Below, piece after piece: positions 1 through 8,767 of a DNA stretch of 33,024 bases. Below the pieces are notes generated by a model. That model worked only from the letters and a program-made list of their open reading frames with translations, had not been told where the DNA came from and did not search any database. The position numbers and the translations under genes were made by a program. Numbering within the stretch: position 1 is the stretch's first letter; each line of letters begins with the position of its first letter. The DNA is from a virus (taxonomy: Duplodnaviria > Caudoviricetes), in the IMG/VR virus record IMGVR_UViG_3300008255_000306, positions 1 to 33,024 of that record; one strand, given 5' to 3'.

Positions 1-930
1 AAGGCGGCCGAGGCCCCAGGTGCGCTGACGGGGCAGGCTGTGGGCAGCCTGGTGACCGACGCCGACGGCGGGGTGCTGTACGTCGCCGACACGTCCGGCG
101 CGCCCAAGGCCGTGGCCATGCAGGCCGACCTGGACGCCCTGGAGGCCAGCGTGACCGCCGAGAGCGTCATGCTGACGCGGGAGACAGCCGGGGCTGGCGG
201 CAAGCTGGAGCTGCTGGAGGCCACCGCGAACGGCACCAGCAAGGTGACCCTGCAGGCGCCGGCGGCGTTGGGCGCCAACCGCACGATCACCGTGCCCGAC
301 GCCGACGTGGACCTGGCCGACGCGGCCCAGGGTGTGGCCGACGCAGCCACGGCCCAGGCCGCCGTGGACGCGGTGGAGGCTCAGGTCGGGATCACCGTCC
401 TGGCCAACCTGACGACCACCGACCAGACCGGCCTCCAGCCGGCGATCAACGAGGTGGACGCCAACGCCGACGCGGCCCAGGCGGACGCGACGCAGGCCCT
501 GGCCGACGCAGCCACGGCCCAGGCCGCCGTGGACGCCATAGAGCTGCTGGTGGACCAGAACGTGACCAGCGGCGCAGCCCCCGTGCTGGCGGTCACCAAC
601 ATGACCGGCAGCGCCGCCGGTATCGACTCCGACGCGACCGCTCACGCGGCCAGCGACGGCAGCGGACACGCCGACGTGGCCGCCAACACGGCGGCCCTGG
701 GCAACTTGGTCTTCGGCCAGGCCACGGTCTCGAACGGCAACACCTCTGTCACCATCACCGTCGCCGGCGGCTTTGCGAACGAGGACAACGCCGTGGTGAG
801 CTTCGCTGAGGCTCCGACAGCCGCGACCAAGATCTGGACGGCCAAGGATGGCTCCGGCGACCTGGTGATCCACATCGACCAGGACAACACCGCCAACCTC
901 AAGGTCAACTACATCATCGACCTCCGGTGA
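1..930 (+). CDS. 5'-truncated virion structural/fibre-like protein (Ala/Thr/Asp-rich, coiled segments)
   Basis: The frame is open from base 1 to TGA at 928-930 with strong GC3 bias. It has an internal ADAATAQAAVDA repeat and a beta-rich C-terminus, and lies upstream of the baseplate genes. Confidence 0.6.
   Translation, partial: KAAEAPGALTGQAVGSLVTDADGGVLYVADTSGAPKAVAMQADLDALEASVTAESVMLTRETAGAGGKLELLEATANGTSKVTLQAPAALGANRTITVPDADVDLADAAQGVADAATAQAAVDAVEAQVGITVLANLTTTDQTGLQPAINEVDANADAAQADATQALADAATAQAAVDAIELLVDQNVTSGAAPVLAVTNMTGSAAGIDSDATAHAASDGSGHADVAANTAALGNLVFGQATVSNGNTSVTITVAGGFANEDNAVVSFAEAPTAATKIWTAKDGSGDLVIHIDQDNTANLKVNYIIDLR
335..536 (+). repeat. 37-bp perfect direct repeat (335-371 and 500-536) encoding ADAATAQAAVDA
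   Basis: tggccgacgcagccacggcccaggccgccgtggacgc is read at both positions. Confidence 0.9.
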
Positions 931-1013
931 TCTGCGGTCGACAGTCGCATAGATCCAGCGGGTGGTGCGTCGTTGCCTGCGGCGCACCCCCGCGCCAGCA
1001 CAGGAGCCCGACC

Positions 1014-1634
1014 ATGCCCCGCCTGATCCTTGCCGCGGTCCTGCTGACCGCCTGCTACGAGACGACCCCGGACCCGACCGCCACCGACCTGGCGGACGGG
1101 ATCTGCCACGACCCCGAGCTGCACGCGGGGTGGATCTACGACGACGACGCTCGCGCGTACGTCCTGGACATGGACCAGGACGGGATCGGCACGCCGGCCG
1201 ACTGCGACGACGCCGACGACCAGGTGGGCACCCGCACCTGGCTGTGGCACGACTACGACCGCGACGGGTACGGCGGCGACGCCGTGTACGTGTGCGCCCA
1301 CTACTACGACGTGGACGCTGGCGGGGTCATGGTCACCACCGGCGGCGACTGCGACGACGCCGACCCGCGCACCTACCCGCACGCCCCCGAGGTCTGCGAC
1401 AGGCTGGACAACGACTGCGACGGCCTGGCCGACGACTACGACGCCCACGACCTGGACAGCGACGACGCGCTGCTGTGGTACCTGGACCTGGACGGCGACG
1501 GCTACGGCCGGCCCTACAGCGAGGTGCTGCGCTGCGACCAGCCAGCCGGCTACTCGCCCGTGGACACGGACTGCGACGACGACGACCGCCGCCGCCACCC
1601 CGGCGCGCCCGGTCGCTGGGCCTGCCCGGCCTGA
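1014..1634 (+). CDS. Putative lipoprotein with MopE-type 'putative metal-binding motif' repeats (Cu-binding_MopE-like)
   Basis: The ATG follows GCACAGGAGCCCGACC. N-terminus MPRLILAAVLLTAC resembles a lipobox. Repeated motifs include DxDxDGYG, DCDDxD and DCDDADPRTYPHAPEVCDRLDNDCDGLADD. Confidence 0.8.
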   Translation: MPRLILAAVLLTACYETTPDPTATDLADGICHDPELHAGWIYDDDARAYVLDMDQDGIGTPADCDDADDQVGTRTWLWHDYDRDGYGGDAVYVCAHYYDVDAGGVMVTTGGDCDDADPRTYPHAPEVCDRLDNDCDGLADDYDAHDLDSDDALLWYLDLDGDGYGRPYSEVLRCDQPAGYSPVDTDCDDDDRRRHPGAPGRWACPA

Positions 1635-1700
1635 CGGGATCTGCAGGCGGCTGGGGCGGCCCGGTGGCCCCGGTGCCCTGCGGTCCGATAGACTGAGCGG

Positions 1701-2396
1701 GTGACCACGCCGACCACGCCCAGCGCCACCACCAACACCCAGGCCGCCGCCAAGGCGGCCACGGCCGTGGTCAACGTGTGCCTGCCCGCCAGCGTGTTGT
1801 CGTACGACGAGGCAACGCAGACGGCCACCGTGCGCCTGGTGCCCCGCTTCCGGCGCCAGGACCCGGCCCAGGGCAACGCCGTGGTGCCCTACGACCCGCC
1901 CGACGTGCCCAGCGTGCCCGTGGCCTTCCCGGGTGGCGGCGACTACTCGATCACCTGGCCCCTGGCCGCCGGCGACACGGGGTACCTGGTGGTGGCCGAC
2001 CGGTCGATCGACGAGTGGAAGGCGAACGGCGGCACGCGGACGGAGCCGCAGGATCCACGGCGGCACTACCTGTCCGACGGGATCTTCGTGCCCGGCGTGC
2101 GCAGCCCGGCCCAGCCCCTGGAGGGCGACGCCTTGGCCAGCGACGGCTTGGTGGTGCGTGCCACCACCAAGCTGGTGGTGGACTGTCCCGACGTGCGCCT
2201 GGGCAGCGACAGCGCCACCAAGGGGGTGGCCCTGGGCCCCGACGTGCACACGCAGCTGCTGGCGATCAAGGCCATGTTCGACGCCTGGGTGCCGACGGCC
2301 GGCGACGGCGGCGCGGCCCTGAAGACGCTGTGGACGACGCTTAGCGGGACGGGCTGGCCGGCCGACACCAGCGCCACCAAGGTGGTGGCCGAGTGA
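1701..2396 (+). CDS. Baseplate spike/assembly protein, Gp138 N-terminal-like (gpV/gp45 equivalent)
   Basis: Motifs LPASVLSYD, VPSVPVAFPGGGDYSITWPLAAGDTGYLVVADRSIDEW and RRHYLSDGIFVPG; sits directly upstream of the wedge and J genes. Confidence 0.8.
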   Translation: MTTPTTPSATTNTQAAAKAATAVVNVCLPASVLSYDEATQTATVRLVPRFRRQDPAQGNAVVPYDPPDVPSVPVAFPGGGDYSITWPLAAGDTGYLVVADRSIDEWKANGGTRTEPQDPRRHYLSDGIFVPGVRSPAQPLEGDALASDGLVVRATTKLVVDCPDVRLGSDSATKGVALGPDVHTQLLAIKAMFDAWVPTAGDGGAALKTLWTTLSGTGWPADTSATKVVAE

Positions 2397-2821
2397 CGGG
2401 CCAGGCCCAGGCCCTGGACGTGCTGATGGGCGCCGACGGCGACCTGCCGGCCTTCGTGCGGCATGCCGCCGGCATGGAGGTGATCGCGCAGCGGGTGCGG
2501 GTGCGCCTGGGCACGCACCGCGGCGACTGGCCCCTGGACACCCGCGCCGGGGTGGCTTGGACCGACTACCTGGGCCGCAAGACCCTGGACCTGGCCGCCC
2601 TGGCTGCCGTGCTGGTCCTGGAGATCCTGGACACGCCCGGGGTGGTGGACGTGCAAGACGTGGACTGGATCCAGAACGGCGGCACCTACACGATCACGGC
2701 CACCGTGCTGACCGAGCTGGGCCAGGCCCTGCAGGTGGTGGTGGTACCCCAGGACAGCGCCGGCAACCCGTCCGTGACCGTGGGCGGGGTGCTGGGGCAC
2801 AGCGGCACGGTGGTGCGATGA
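2393..2821 (+). CDS. Baseplate wedge subunit (gpW/gp25/gp46-like)
   Basis: IAQRVRVRLGTHRGDWPLDTRAGVAW and ILDTPGVVDV patterns; lies between spike and J with GTGA/ATGA overlaps. Confidence 0.7.
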   Translation: MTGQAQALDVLMGADGDLPAFVRHAAGMEVIAQRVRVRLGTHRGDWPLDTRAGVAWTDYLGRKTLDLAALAAVLVLEILDTPGVVDVQDVDWIQNGGTYTITATVLTELGQALQVVVVPQDSAGNPSVTVGGVLGHSGTVVR

Positions 2822-3993
2822 CCTACGGACTGACCGCAGACGGCTTTACGGCGGCCCGCCAGGCCGACTACCTGACCCGGATCCGGAACGAGTACGAGGC
2901 GCGGCTGGTGGCGCTGGGTTTCACGCAGCTGCCCGACTGGGAGCGCGACACCTTCCTGGGGCAGGTCACCGAGATCATGGCCTGGGAGCTGGGGCAGCTG
3001 TCCGAGGTCACCCAGGCGATCTACGACGCCCGATCCGTGTCCAACGCCACCGGCCTGCAGCTGGACAACCTGGCCCTGATCGTCGGGGTGACGCGGCAGG
3101 AGGCCAGCAAGGGCACGGTGACCCTGACCTGCACGGGCACCAACGGCACGGTGATCACCCAGGGCAAGATCGTGGAGGGCGGCGGCTCTGACGGCAAGGC
3201 GCGGTGGGTGGTCAGCGAGGACGCAACGATCAGCGGCGGCACCGTGGACGTGGTGGCCGTCGCCGAGGACGCGGGCCAGGTGGTGGCGACGGCCGGCCAG
3301 ATCACCACGATCGTGACGGCCGTGGCGGGCTGGTCGGCGGTCACCAACGCGGCGGCTGCGGACCCTGGCACCGCCCGGGAGACGGACGGCGAGCTGCGGG
3401 CCCGCCGCCAGCGGGCGCTGCAGGCCGCCGGCGCCACCAGCACCAACGCGATCCTGTCCGCCCTGCTGGACCTGGACGAGGTGACGGGGGCCACGGTGGT
3501 GGACAACCCAACCGGCGCCACGGCCACCGTGGACGGGATCTCGGTGGCCGCCTACGGCGTGGCCGCCGTGGTGTCGCCCAACACCCTGACGACGGCCGAG
3601 CAGGCCGTGGTCGCGGAGGCGCTCTACAGCCACCTGGGGGCCGGCACGGCCACCAGCGGGTCCACCAGCGCGACCGTGACCAAGCGCGACGGGCGCAGCC
3701 ACACCGTGCGGTTCAGCATGGCCGCCGACAGCGCCGTGTCGGTCGCCTGGGTGCTGGCCATGCAGCCCGGGTACGTGGTGGGTGACGTTGACGACGCCCT
3801 GCTGGAGCTGGTCACCGACTATTTCATGACCCTCGCCCCCGGCGACACGGTGTACCCCACGCCGCTGATCGCGCTGGCAGCCACGATCGACGGGATCGCC
3901 AACGTCACCAGCCTGACCCTGGCAGGGGGCAGCAGCCCGGTCACCCACACCGCCCTGCAGCAGCCCGTCCTGGGCGCGAACAGCGTGGCCTGA
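2818..3993 (+). CDS. Baseplate J/gp47-family protein
   Basis: Starts MTYGLTADGF at the ATGA overlap (2818, not 2557). Motifs ATGLQLDNLALIVGVTR, VTNAAAADPG and ETDGELRAR. Confidence 0.88.
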   Translation: MTYGLTADGFTAARQADYLTRIRNEYEARLVALGFTQLPDWERDTFLGQVTEIMAWELGQLSEVTQAIYDARSVSNATGLQLDNLALIVGVTRQEASKGTVTLTCTGTNGTVITQGKIVEGGGSDGKARWVVSEDATISGGTVDVVAVAEDAGQVVATAGQITTIVTAVAGWSAVTNAAAADPGTARETDGELRARRQRALQAAGATSTNAILSALLDLDEVTGATVVDNPTGATATVDGISVAAYGVAAVVSPNTLTTAEQAVVAEALYSHLGAGTATSGSTSATVTKRDGRSHTVRFSMAADSAVSVAWVLAMQPGYVVGDVDDALLELVTDYFMTLAPGDTVYPTPLIALAATIDGIANVTSLTLAGGSSPVTHTALQQPVLGANSVA

Positions 3994-4583
3994 TGGCCCA
4001 ACAGACCGCCACCACCCAGGTGCAGCATGTCCCGGACTGGCCGACGCGCGGCGAGGACCGGCTGCTGCGATCATGGGACCGGCCCCGGATCCGGGCCCTG
4101 GTCGAGGCCCTGGGGGAGGGCGCGCAGCTGCAGGAGGAGCTGGCCTGGGACCTGCTGGTATCCACTGGCCTGGACGAGGCCACGGGCGACGCCCTGGACC
4201 AGTGGGGCGCCCTGGTAGGGGAGCAGCGGCTGGGCCTGGCCGACAACGACTACCGCCAGTTCATCCTTGCCCGCATGCTGGTCAACCGCAGCAGCGGGAC
4301 GGTGGACGAGCTGGTGGAGATCCTGGAGGTCGCGGCTGCGCCCGTGCTGGACGTGCAGCACCAGGACAACCTGCCTGCCGGGATCTACCTGGTGGTCACC
4401 CGCAACACCTGGCTGACGGAGGGCGCCCGACGGCGCGTCGCCCGCCTGATGGAAGCGGCCCGGCCGGCGGGCCGGCACGTGTCCGTGATCGAGTCGCTGC
4501 CGCTGGGCTTTGGGTTTGCCGACGACCCCGACGCCGGCGGCTACGACGAGGGCACCTACAGCCGCCTGATCCGTCTGGAATAG
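3993..4583 (+). CDS. Baseplate wedge/tail protein I-like (DUF2612-like)
   Basis: ATGDALDQWGALVGEQR, DNDYRQFILARMLVN, ARPAG and GFGF; follows J via TGATG. Confidence 0.75.
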   Translation: MAQQTATTQVQHVPDWPTRGEDRLLRSWDRPRIRALVEALGEGAQLQEELAWDLLVSTGLDEATGDALDQWGALVGEQRLGLADNDYRQFILARMLVNRSSGTVDELVEILEVAAAPVLDVQHQDNLPAGIYLVVTRNTWLTEGARRRVARLMEAARPAGRHVSVIESLPLGFGFADDPDAGGYDEGTYSRLIRLE

Positions 4584-4593
4584 GAGCTACGCC

Positions 4594-5853
4594 ATGCCGA
4601 CCCCGCCAAGCACGACCCCCGAGTGGGCCACCGGTGGTACCGCTGAGATCGCGACCCCACCGGCACCCACCGTGTCCACCGGGTGGACCACGATCAAGCC
4701 CCCGCACGAGTGGGTCAACTGGTGGTGGAACCTGGTGTACCAGTGGATCGTCTACCTGCTGGTGACCGGCGGTCGGCGCTACGACTCGTTGCACGACGCG
4801 CTGGCGGCGCTGGCCGTGGACGACCACGCGCTGGTGGTAGAGGACGACCTGGACCAGGCGCCGGGGTCGGAGGCGGTCAGCCCTACCCACGGCGTCGGGT
4901 CCAGCGTGGACTTTGTGGCCGCCGACGGCGACGTGGTGGTGTGGCTGCACACCGACCTCAGCGCCCAGGCGACTACCCGGAGCTTCACGGGGTCAGCGCT
5001 GGCGGTTGGGGACGTGCTGGCCACCTACATGGTGTCCGGCGCCGGCACGGCCCGCGCCGTGTGCCTGGCGGGCGACTACGTGGCGATCGCCTACGGCAAC
5101 CTGGTGGACGTGTTCGACAAGGCCGCCGGCGGGGCGCCCTTGTACACGGTGGACCACGGGGCGGCGGTGCGCGACGTGTGCACCGACGGCACCAACCTGT
5201 ACCTGGTGGGCGTGTCGGGCACGGGCACGATCACCGCCCGCGCCCGCACCCTGGCCACCGGGGCCGTGGTGTGGGACACAGACCACGGCGCCACCCTGTA
5301 CTCCTGCTGCACCGACGGCCGCCGCGTGTACGTCGGCGGGGCCCTGTCGGCGGGCGTGTCCATGCGCGCGTACGAGGCAGGCAGCGGGACGGTGGCCTGG
5401 TCCTACACGCCGGCCGACGCCACCCAGCTGCACACCACCGGCCACCAGCTGGCGGTCCGGGACGGCGTGATCTACGCCGGCTACCCAGGGTCTGCGACCC
5501 TGGCCCTGATCGCCTACGCCGCCGGCGACCCCACGATCGAGCTGGGCAGCGCCAACCTGGGCGTGCAGATCGACTACGTGACTGTGGACCAGGACTACCT
5601 GCTGGTTGGGCGTACCCCGTTCGTTGGAATTGACCTGTACTTGTTTGACCGCATGCAGTACCCCGCCATGCGGGTCAGCCTGGACATAGACGTGACGGCG
5701 CCGATCGTCTCGGACGGCGCCGCCTTCTTCACTGGCAATGGCAGTGAGTACCGCCGCCTGTACCGTGGCAACCGCCCCATGCGGGTCAGCCGAGTAGATC
5801 CGGCAACCGCACGGTACCGCGACGACACGCTGGTGTATGTGCTCGAGCGGTAG
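4594..5853 (+). CDS. Tail fibre/receptor-binding protein with PQQ-like beta-propeller repeats
   Basis: The N-terminal fibre-attachment pattern PEWATG...GW...KPPHEWVNWWWN is followed by repeats DHGAAVRDVCTDGTNLYLVG and DHGATLYSCCTDGRRVYVGG. RBS TAGGAG. Confidence 0.65.
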   Translation: MPTPPSTTPEWATGGTAEIATPPAPTVSTGWTTIKPPHEWVNWWWNLVYQWIVYLLVTGGRRYDSLHDALAALAVDDHALVVEDDLDQAPGSEAVSPTHGVGSSVDFVAADGDVVVWLHTDLSAQATTRSFTGSALAVGDVLATYMVSGAGTARAVCLAGDYVAIAYGNLVDVFDKAAGGAPLYTVDHGAAVRDVCTDGTNLYLVGVSGTGTITARARTLATGAVVWDTDHGATLYSCCTDGRRVYVGGALSAGVSMRAYEAGSGTVAWSYTPADATQLHTTGHQLAVRDGVIYAGYPGSATLALIAYAAGDPTIELGSANLGVQIDYVTVDQDYLLVGRTPFVGIDLYLFDRMQYPAMRVSLDIDVTAPIVSDGAAFFTGNGSEYRRLYRGNRPMRVSRVDPATARYRDDTLVYVLER

Positions 5854-5880
5854 ACTGGACCCCAACCTGGAGCCACCCCC

Positions 5881-6633
5881 ATGGGCCTGTACGACGACCT
5901 GAACCGCTATGGGCTGCTGGCAATCGGCCTGATCCCCGAGTGGGTGGACCAGGACACGACGCCGGCCAGCTACACGGGCGCGCCCACCGGCGCCAGCGCC
6001 GGGGTGTACCTGCAGGACAGCCCCAAGGCGCTGGTGCAGGTCAACGCCCGCGAGCGCGTGCACCGGCGCGAGGGCCGGGTGCAGATCACCACGGCCGACC
6101 TGACCACCACCGTGTACACGGTGACGATCGACGGCACGGCGGTGGTCTACGACGCCAGCGTGGCGCTGCCGGCCGACCTGGACGCGCTGGTGCAGGGGAT
6201 CGCGGCGGCGATCGAGGCCGACGCCACCGCCACCCTGGTGGTGGACGCGGTGCAGGACCCGGACAACACCGACAGCGTGCTGATCACGGGCAAGGCCCAG
6301 GCGGACTGGTCCCTGGACGCCACCGTGGCCGGCGGTACCGGCGCGGTGGCAGCCACCGCTGCCGCAACCGGCTTCGGCGTGAGGATCTACACAACTCCGG
6401 GCGGGCTGGTGAAGTCCGGCAACACCGGCAACGCCAACGCCTGGGCTCAGCCCGCCGACGCCAGCTTCCCAGGCAACGGCTACCGCGGCTTCGTGGAGCG
6501 CCTGGACGTGGCTGGCCTGGACCGGCTGTACGTCGAGGTGCACTCGCTGACCAAGCACGCCAGCGACGGCGCCGCCGTCACCGCCACGATCGCCAAGGTC
6601 ATGGTGGGCCCCGCCGTGCTGGAGGCGACCTGA
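5881..6633 (+). CDS. Virion/tail-associated protein
   Basis: Strong GC3, GGAG RBS, YTVTIDGTAVVY...LVQGIAAAI motif as seen in sheath/tail domains, and position in the tail module. Confidence 0.55.
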   Translation: MGLYDDLNRYGLLAIGLIPEWVDQDTTPASYTGAPTGASAGVYLQDSPKALVQVNARERVHRREGRVQITTADLTTTVYTVTIDGTAVVYDASVALPADLDALVQGIAAAIEADATATLVVDAVQDPDNTDSVLITGKAQADWSLDATVAGGTGAVAATAAATGFGVRIYTTPGGLVKSGNTGNANAWAQPADASFPGNGYRGFVERLDVAGLDRLYVEVHSLTKHASDGAAVTATIAKVMVGPAVLEAT

Positions 6634-6635
6634 CC

Positions 6636-7373
6636 ATGGGCGGCATCGCAGACAAGCGGCGAGGACTCAGCGAGGCCGACGTGCTGGCGCTGATCTCCAC
6701 CTACGGCCTGGCCCTGGCCACCGTGGCCCCCCCCAACCTGGCCGCCACGGCCACCGTGGGGGTGGCGACCAAGGCGGCCCGCGAGGACCACGTGCACCGG
6801 TACGCCTTAAAGTCGCTGTACAGCACCGGCGGGGCCCAGGCCCTGGTGCCTGGCGACATCGGCGCCGAGGCATCAGCCAACAAGGGCGCAGCCAACGGCT
6901 ACGCCGGCCTGGACGGCACCAGCCGTGTGTCAGCGGCCAACGCGCCCGCCAAGGCGGTGTACAGCAGCGGCGGCAGCCAGGCTCTGACCCCGGGCAACAT
7001 CGGGGCGGCTGGTCGTTGGTCCGACGAGCTGGACGGCAGCGTGGCCACCGTGGGCGCCGTCACCGGCGTGTGCGGCGCTGTGACCGTGCCCAGCGACAAG
7101 TGCCTGGTGATCACCGCTACCGTGGCCTGCTGGAGCGTCGCGGGCCCGGAGGGCGCTGGCTACGTTCTGGTTGGGACCTTCCGTCGCACCGGCGGCACGG
7201 TCACCCAGGTGGGCGCCACCACGGTGGTAGCCGCGCACGAGGACGCGGGGCTGGCGGCCGCCGCTGCCGCCCTGGTGGTCAACGGCACCAACGTGGAGTG
7301 CCAGGTCAGCGGCGTAGGCGGCTTGAACCTCGACTGGCGCAGCAAGATCGTGCAGAAGCAAAGCCCCAACTGA
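6636..7373 (+). CDS. Tail fibre-like protein
   Basis: True start ATG at 6636 (GGAGG upstream). Contains AREDHVH and ANKGAANGYAGLDG motifs typical of phage fibres, and the internal repeat KSLYSTGGAQALVPGDIGA / KAVYSSGGSQALTPGNIGA. Confidence 0.65.
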   Translation: MGGIADKRRGLSEADVLALISTYGLALATVAPPNLAATATVGVATKAAREDHVHRYALKSLYSTGGAQALVPGDIGAEASANKGAANGYAGLDGTSRVSAANAPAKAVYSSGGSQALTPGNIGAAGRWSDELDGSVATVGAVTGVCGAVTVPSDKCLVITATVACWSVAGPEGAGYVLVGTFRRTGGTVTQVGATTVVAAHEDAGLAAAAAALVVNGTNVECQVSGVGGLNLDWRSKIVQKQSPN

Positions 7374-7387
7374 CCACTGGAGTGCCC

Positions 7388-8059
7388 ATGTCCACCCTGT
7401 CCATGCAGCCCCCGACTTACCACCAGCTCCGCGCCGAGCTGGACCGGCTGGACTACCGCTTCTTCGGCGGTGCGCACAACCCCAACGTGCTGGGGATCCG
7501 CAACCGCAGCCGCCAGGCGGGGGGCTGGGACGACCTGCTGCTGCTGGCGTACGAGGACGACCAGGGCCAGGGGGTGGTGCACGCCTACCCAGGCACCACC
7601 GATCCGGGCCTGCCCTGGCTGACCGGACAGGGCGCCACCTCCCACGCCAGGGGCACGCTGATCCTGGTGCCCCAGCAGGCCCGGGGCTGCTGGGCCGTCG
7701 GGCCCGACCGGGTGGGGATCACCGCCCACCGCTACCCCTGCTTCCGGCAGGTGGCCCCCATGTACTTCGTGCGCGACGCCAACCGGGACGACCGCCTGGA
7801 CGTGGACGAGCTGATCGCGGCGGGCCGGGTCGAGTCGGGGATCCGCGGGATCGACGGGCACCGGGCCAGCGCGCACCAGCTGGTGCCCAGCGTGGGCCTG
7901 TACGGCGCGGGGTGCCAGGTCTGGCGGGACCCCAGCGACTTCCTGCATGCTCTGGACTTCGTGACCTGGGCCAGCCAGTGGTACGGCGACCGGGTGACCT
8001 ACACCCTGCTGGACCAGTGGCTGCCTGCGGGCTGTTCAGGCGCGCACGCGCTGGGATAG
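7388..8059 (+). CDS. Putative endolysin with L,D-transpeptidase (YkuD)-like His/Cys motif
   Basis: Sits between the fibre genes and the membrane-protein genes. Motifs NVLGIR, WDD, TTDPG, GIDGHRA-x-VGLYGAGCQV and TYTLL. Confidence 0.55.
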   Translation: MSTLSMQPPTYHQLRAELDRLDYRFFGGAHNPNVLGIRNRSRQAGGWDDLLLLAYEDDQGQGVVHAYPGTTDPGLPWLTGQGATSHARGTLILVPQQARGCWAVGPDRVGITAHRYPCFRQVAPMYFVRDANRDDRLDVDELIAAGRVESGIRGIDGHRASAHQLVPSVGLYGAGCQVWRDPSDFLHALDFVTWASQWYGDRVTYTLLDQWLPAGCSGAHALG

Positions 8060-8084
8060 GCTGGGGCACCACCGCGAGGGCCCC

Positions 8085-8417
8085 ATGTCCGTTGCCGCCG
8101 CCCCGATCAGCACCACCGCCCAGCTGGGCAAGCTGACCCTGCTGCTGCAGGCGGCCTGCCTGCTGGCGGCCCTGCTGGTGTACCTGGTGGAGCACCTGTA
8201 CCCGGGGGCCATTGCGGCCGGCACCGGGCTGGCAGCGGCCACGGCCCTGCAGACGATCGGCAGCATTGCCGTGGGCGGCGGTGTCGGTGGCGGCCTTGGC
8301 GCCGTGGGCCACGGCGTGCGGCACTACCGCACCGCGGCGCCCACCAGCGCCATGCTGGCCAGCCAGGGGCCCCTGCCCGGCGCGGACGATCCCGACACCC
8401 CGACGGCGGCCCCATGA
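8085..8417 (+). CDS. Holin-like membrane protein
   Basis: Hydrophobic segments LTLLLQAACLLAALLVYLV and a Gly/Ala-rich helix; directly after the lysin candidate. Confidence 0.5.
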   Translation: MSVAAAPISTTAQLGKLTLLLQAACLLAALLVYLVEHLYPGAIAAGTGLAAATALQTIGSIAVGGGVGGGLGAVGHGVRHYRTAAPTSAMLASQGPLPGADDPDTPTAAP

Positions 8418-8767
8418 CCCCCGACGTGCTGGTGGCTCTGCTGGCCGCACTGCTGGTGCTGGCGGGGCTGGTGCTGGCCTACCTGGCTTACCGGGGGCGC
8501 GTGTCCTGGGGCTGGGCTGTCGGCCTGCTGGGCCTGGGCCTGGGCCTGCTGGGCCTACGCCCGCGGCGGCCGGCCAGCGATCGGCTGCCGCAGCCCCCGC
8601 CGCCGCGCCCGCGCCCGGCGTCGGAGGTCATGCGGCCGGTGATCCGGCTGGCAGACATGCAGGCCTCGGTGGACCGGGCCGCGGTCAACGCGGCCGAGGC
8701 CGACGACGACAGGCTGGAGCGGCTGGAGCGGCTGGCCGCGATCAACGATGGAGGACGTGACCCGTGA
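8414..8767 (+). CDS. Two-TM membrane protein with Pro-rich linker and coiled tail (lysis accessory/spanin-like)
   Basis: VLVALLAALLVLAGLVLAYLAY and WGWAVGLLGLGLGLLGL; ATGA overlap. Confidence 0.55.
   Translation: MTPDVLVALLAALLVLAGLVLAYLAYRGRVSWGWAVGLLGLGLGLLGLRPRRPASDRLPQPPPPRPRPASEVMRPVIRLADMQASVDRAAVNAAEADDDRLERLERLAAINDGGRDP

Noticed and set aside
2557-2817. Upstream extensions of track ORFs (2557, 5940, 7016, 8748, 13851, 20689, 22068, 22562, 23497, 25212, 28319)
   Set aside because: The extensions overlap real upstream genes in another frame. True starts were placed at stop/start overlaps or RBS motifs.
5581-5853. Diversity-generating retroelement variable region
   Set aside because: No template repeat, reverse transcriptase or C-type lectin motif is visible in the window. 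Kept only as a compositional anomaly.
6317-6731. Operator-core matches GCCACCGTGGC within tail genes
   Set aside because: Explained by Ala-Thr-Val-Ala codons. They lack the terminal A and a nearby promoter, and no partner site was noticed.
1701-7373. eCIS/tailocin or T6SS instead of phage
   Set aside because: The baseplate genes are contiguous with lysis, replication-origin and recombination genes, which indicates a phage genome.
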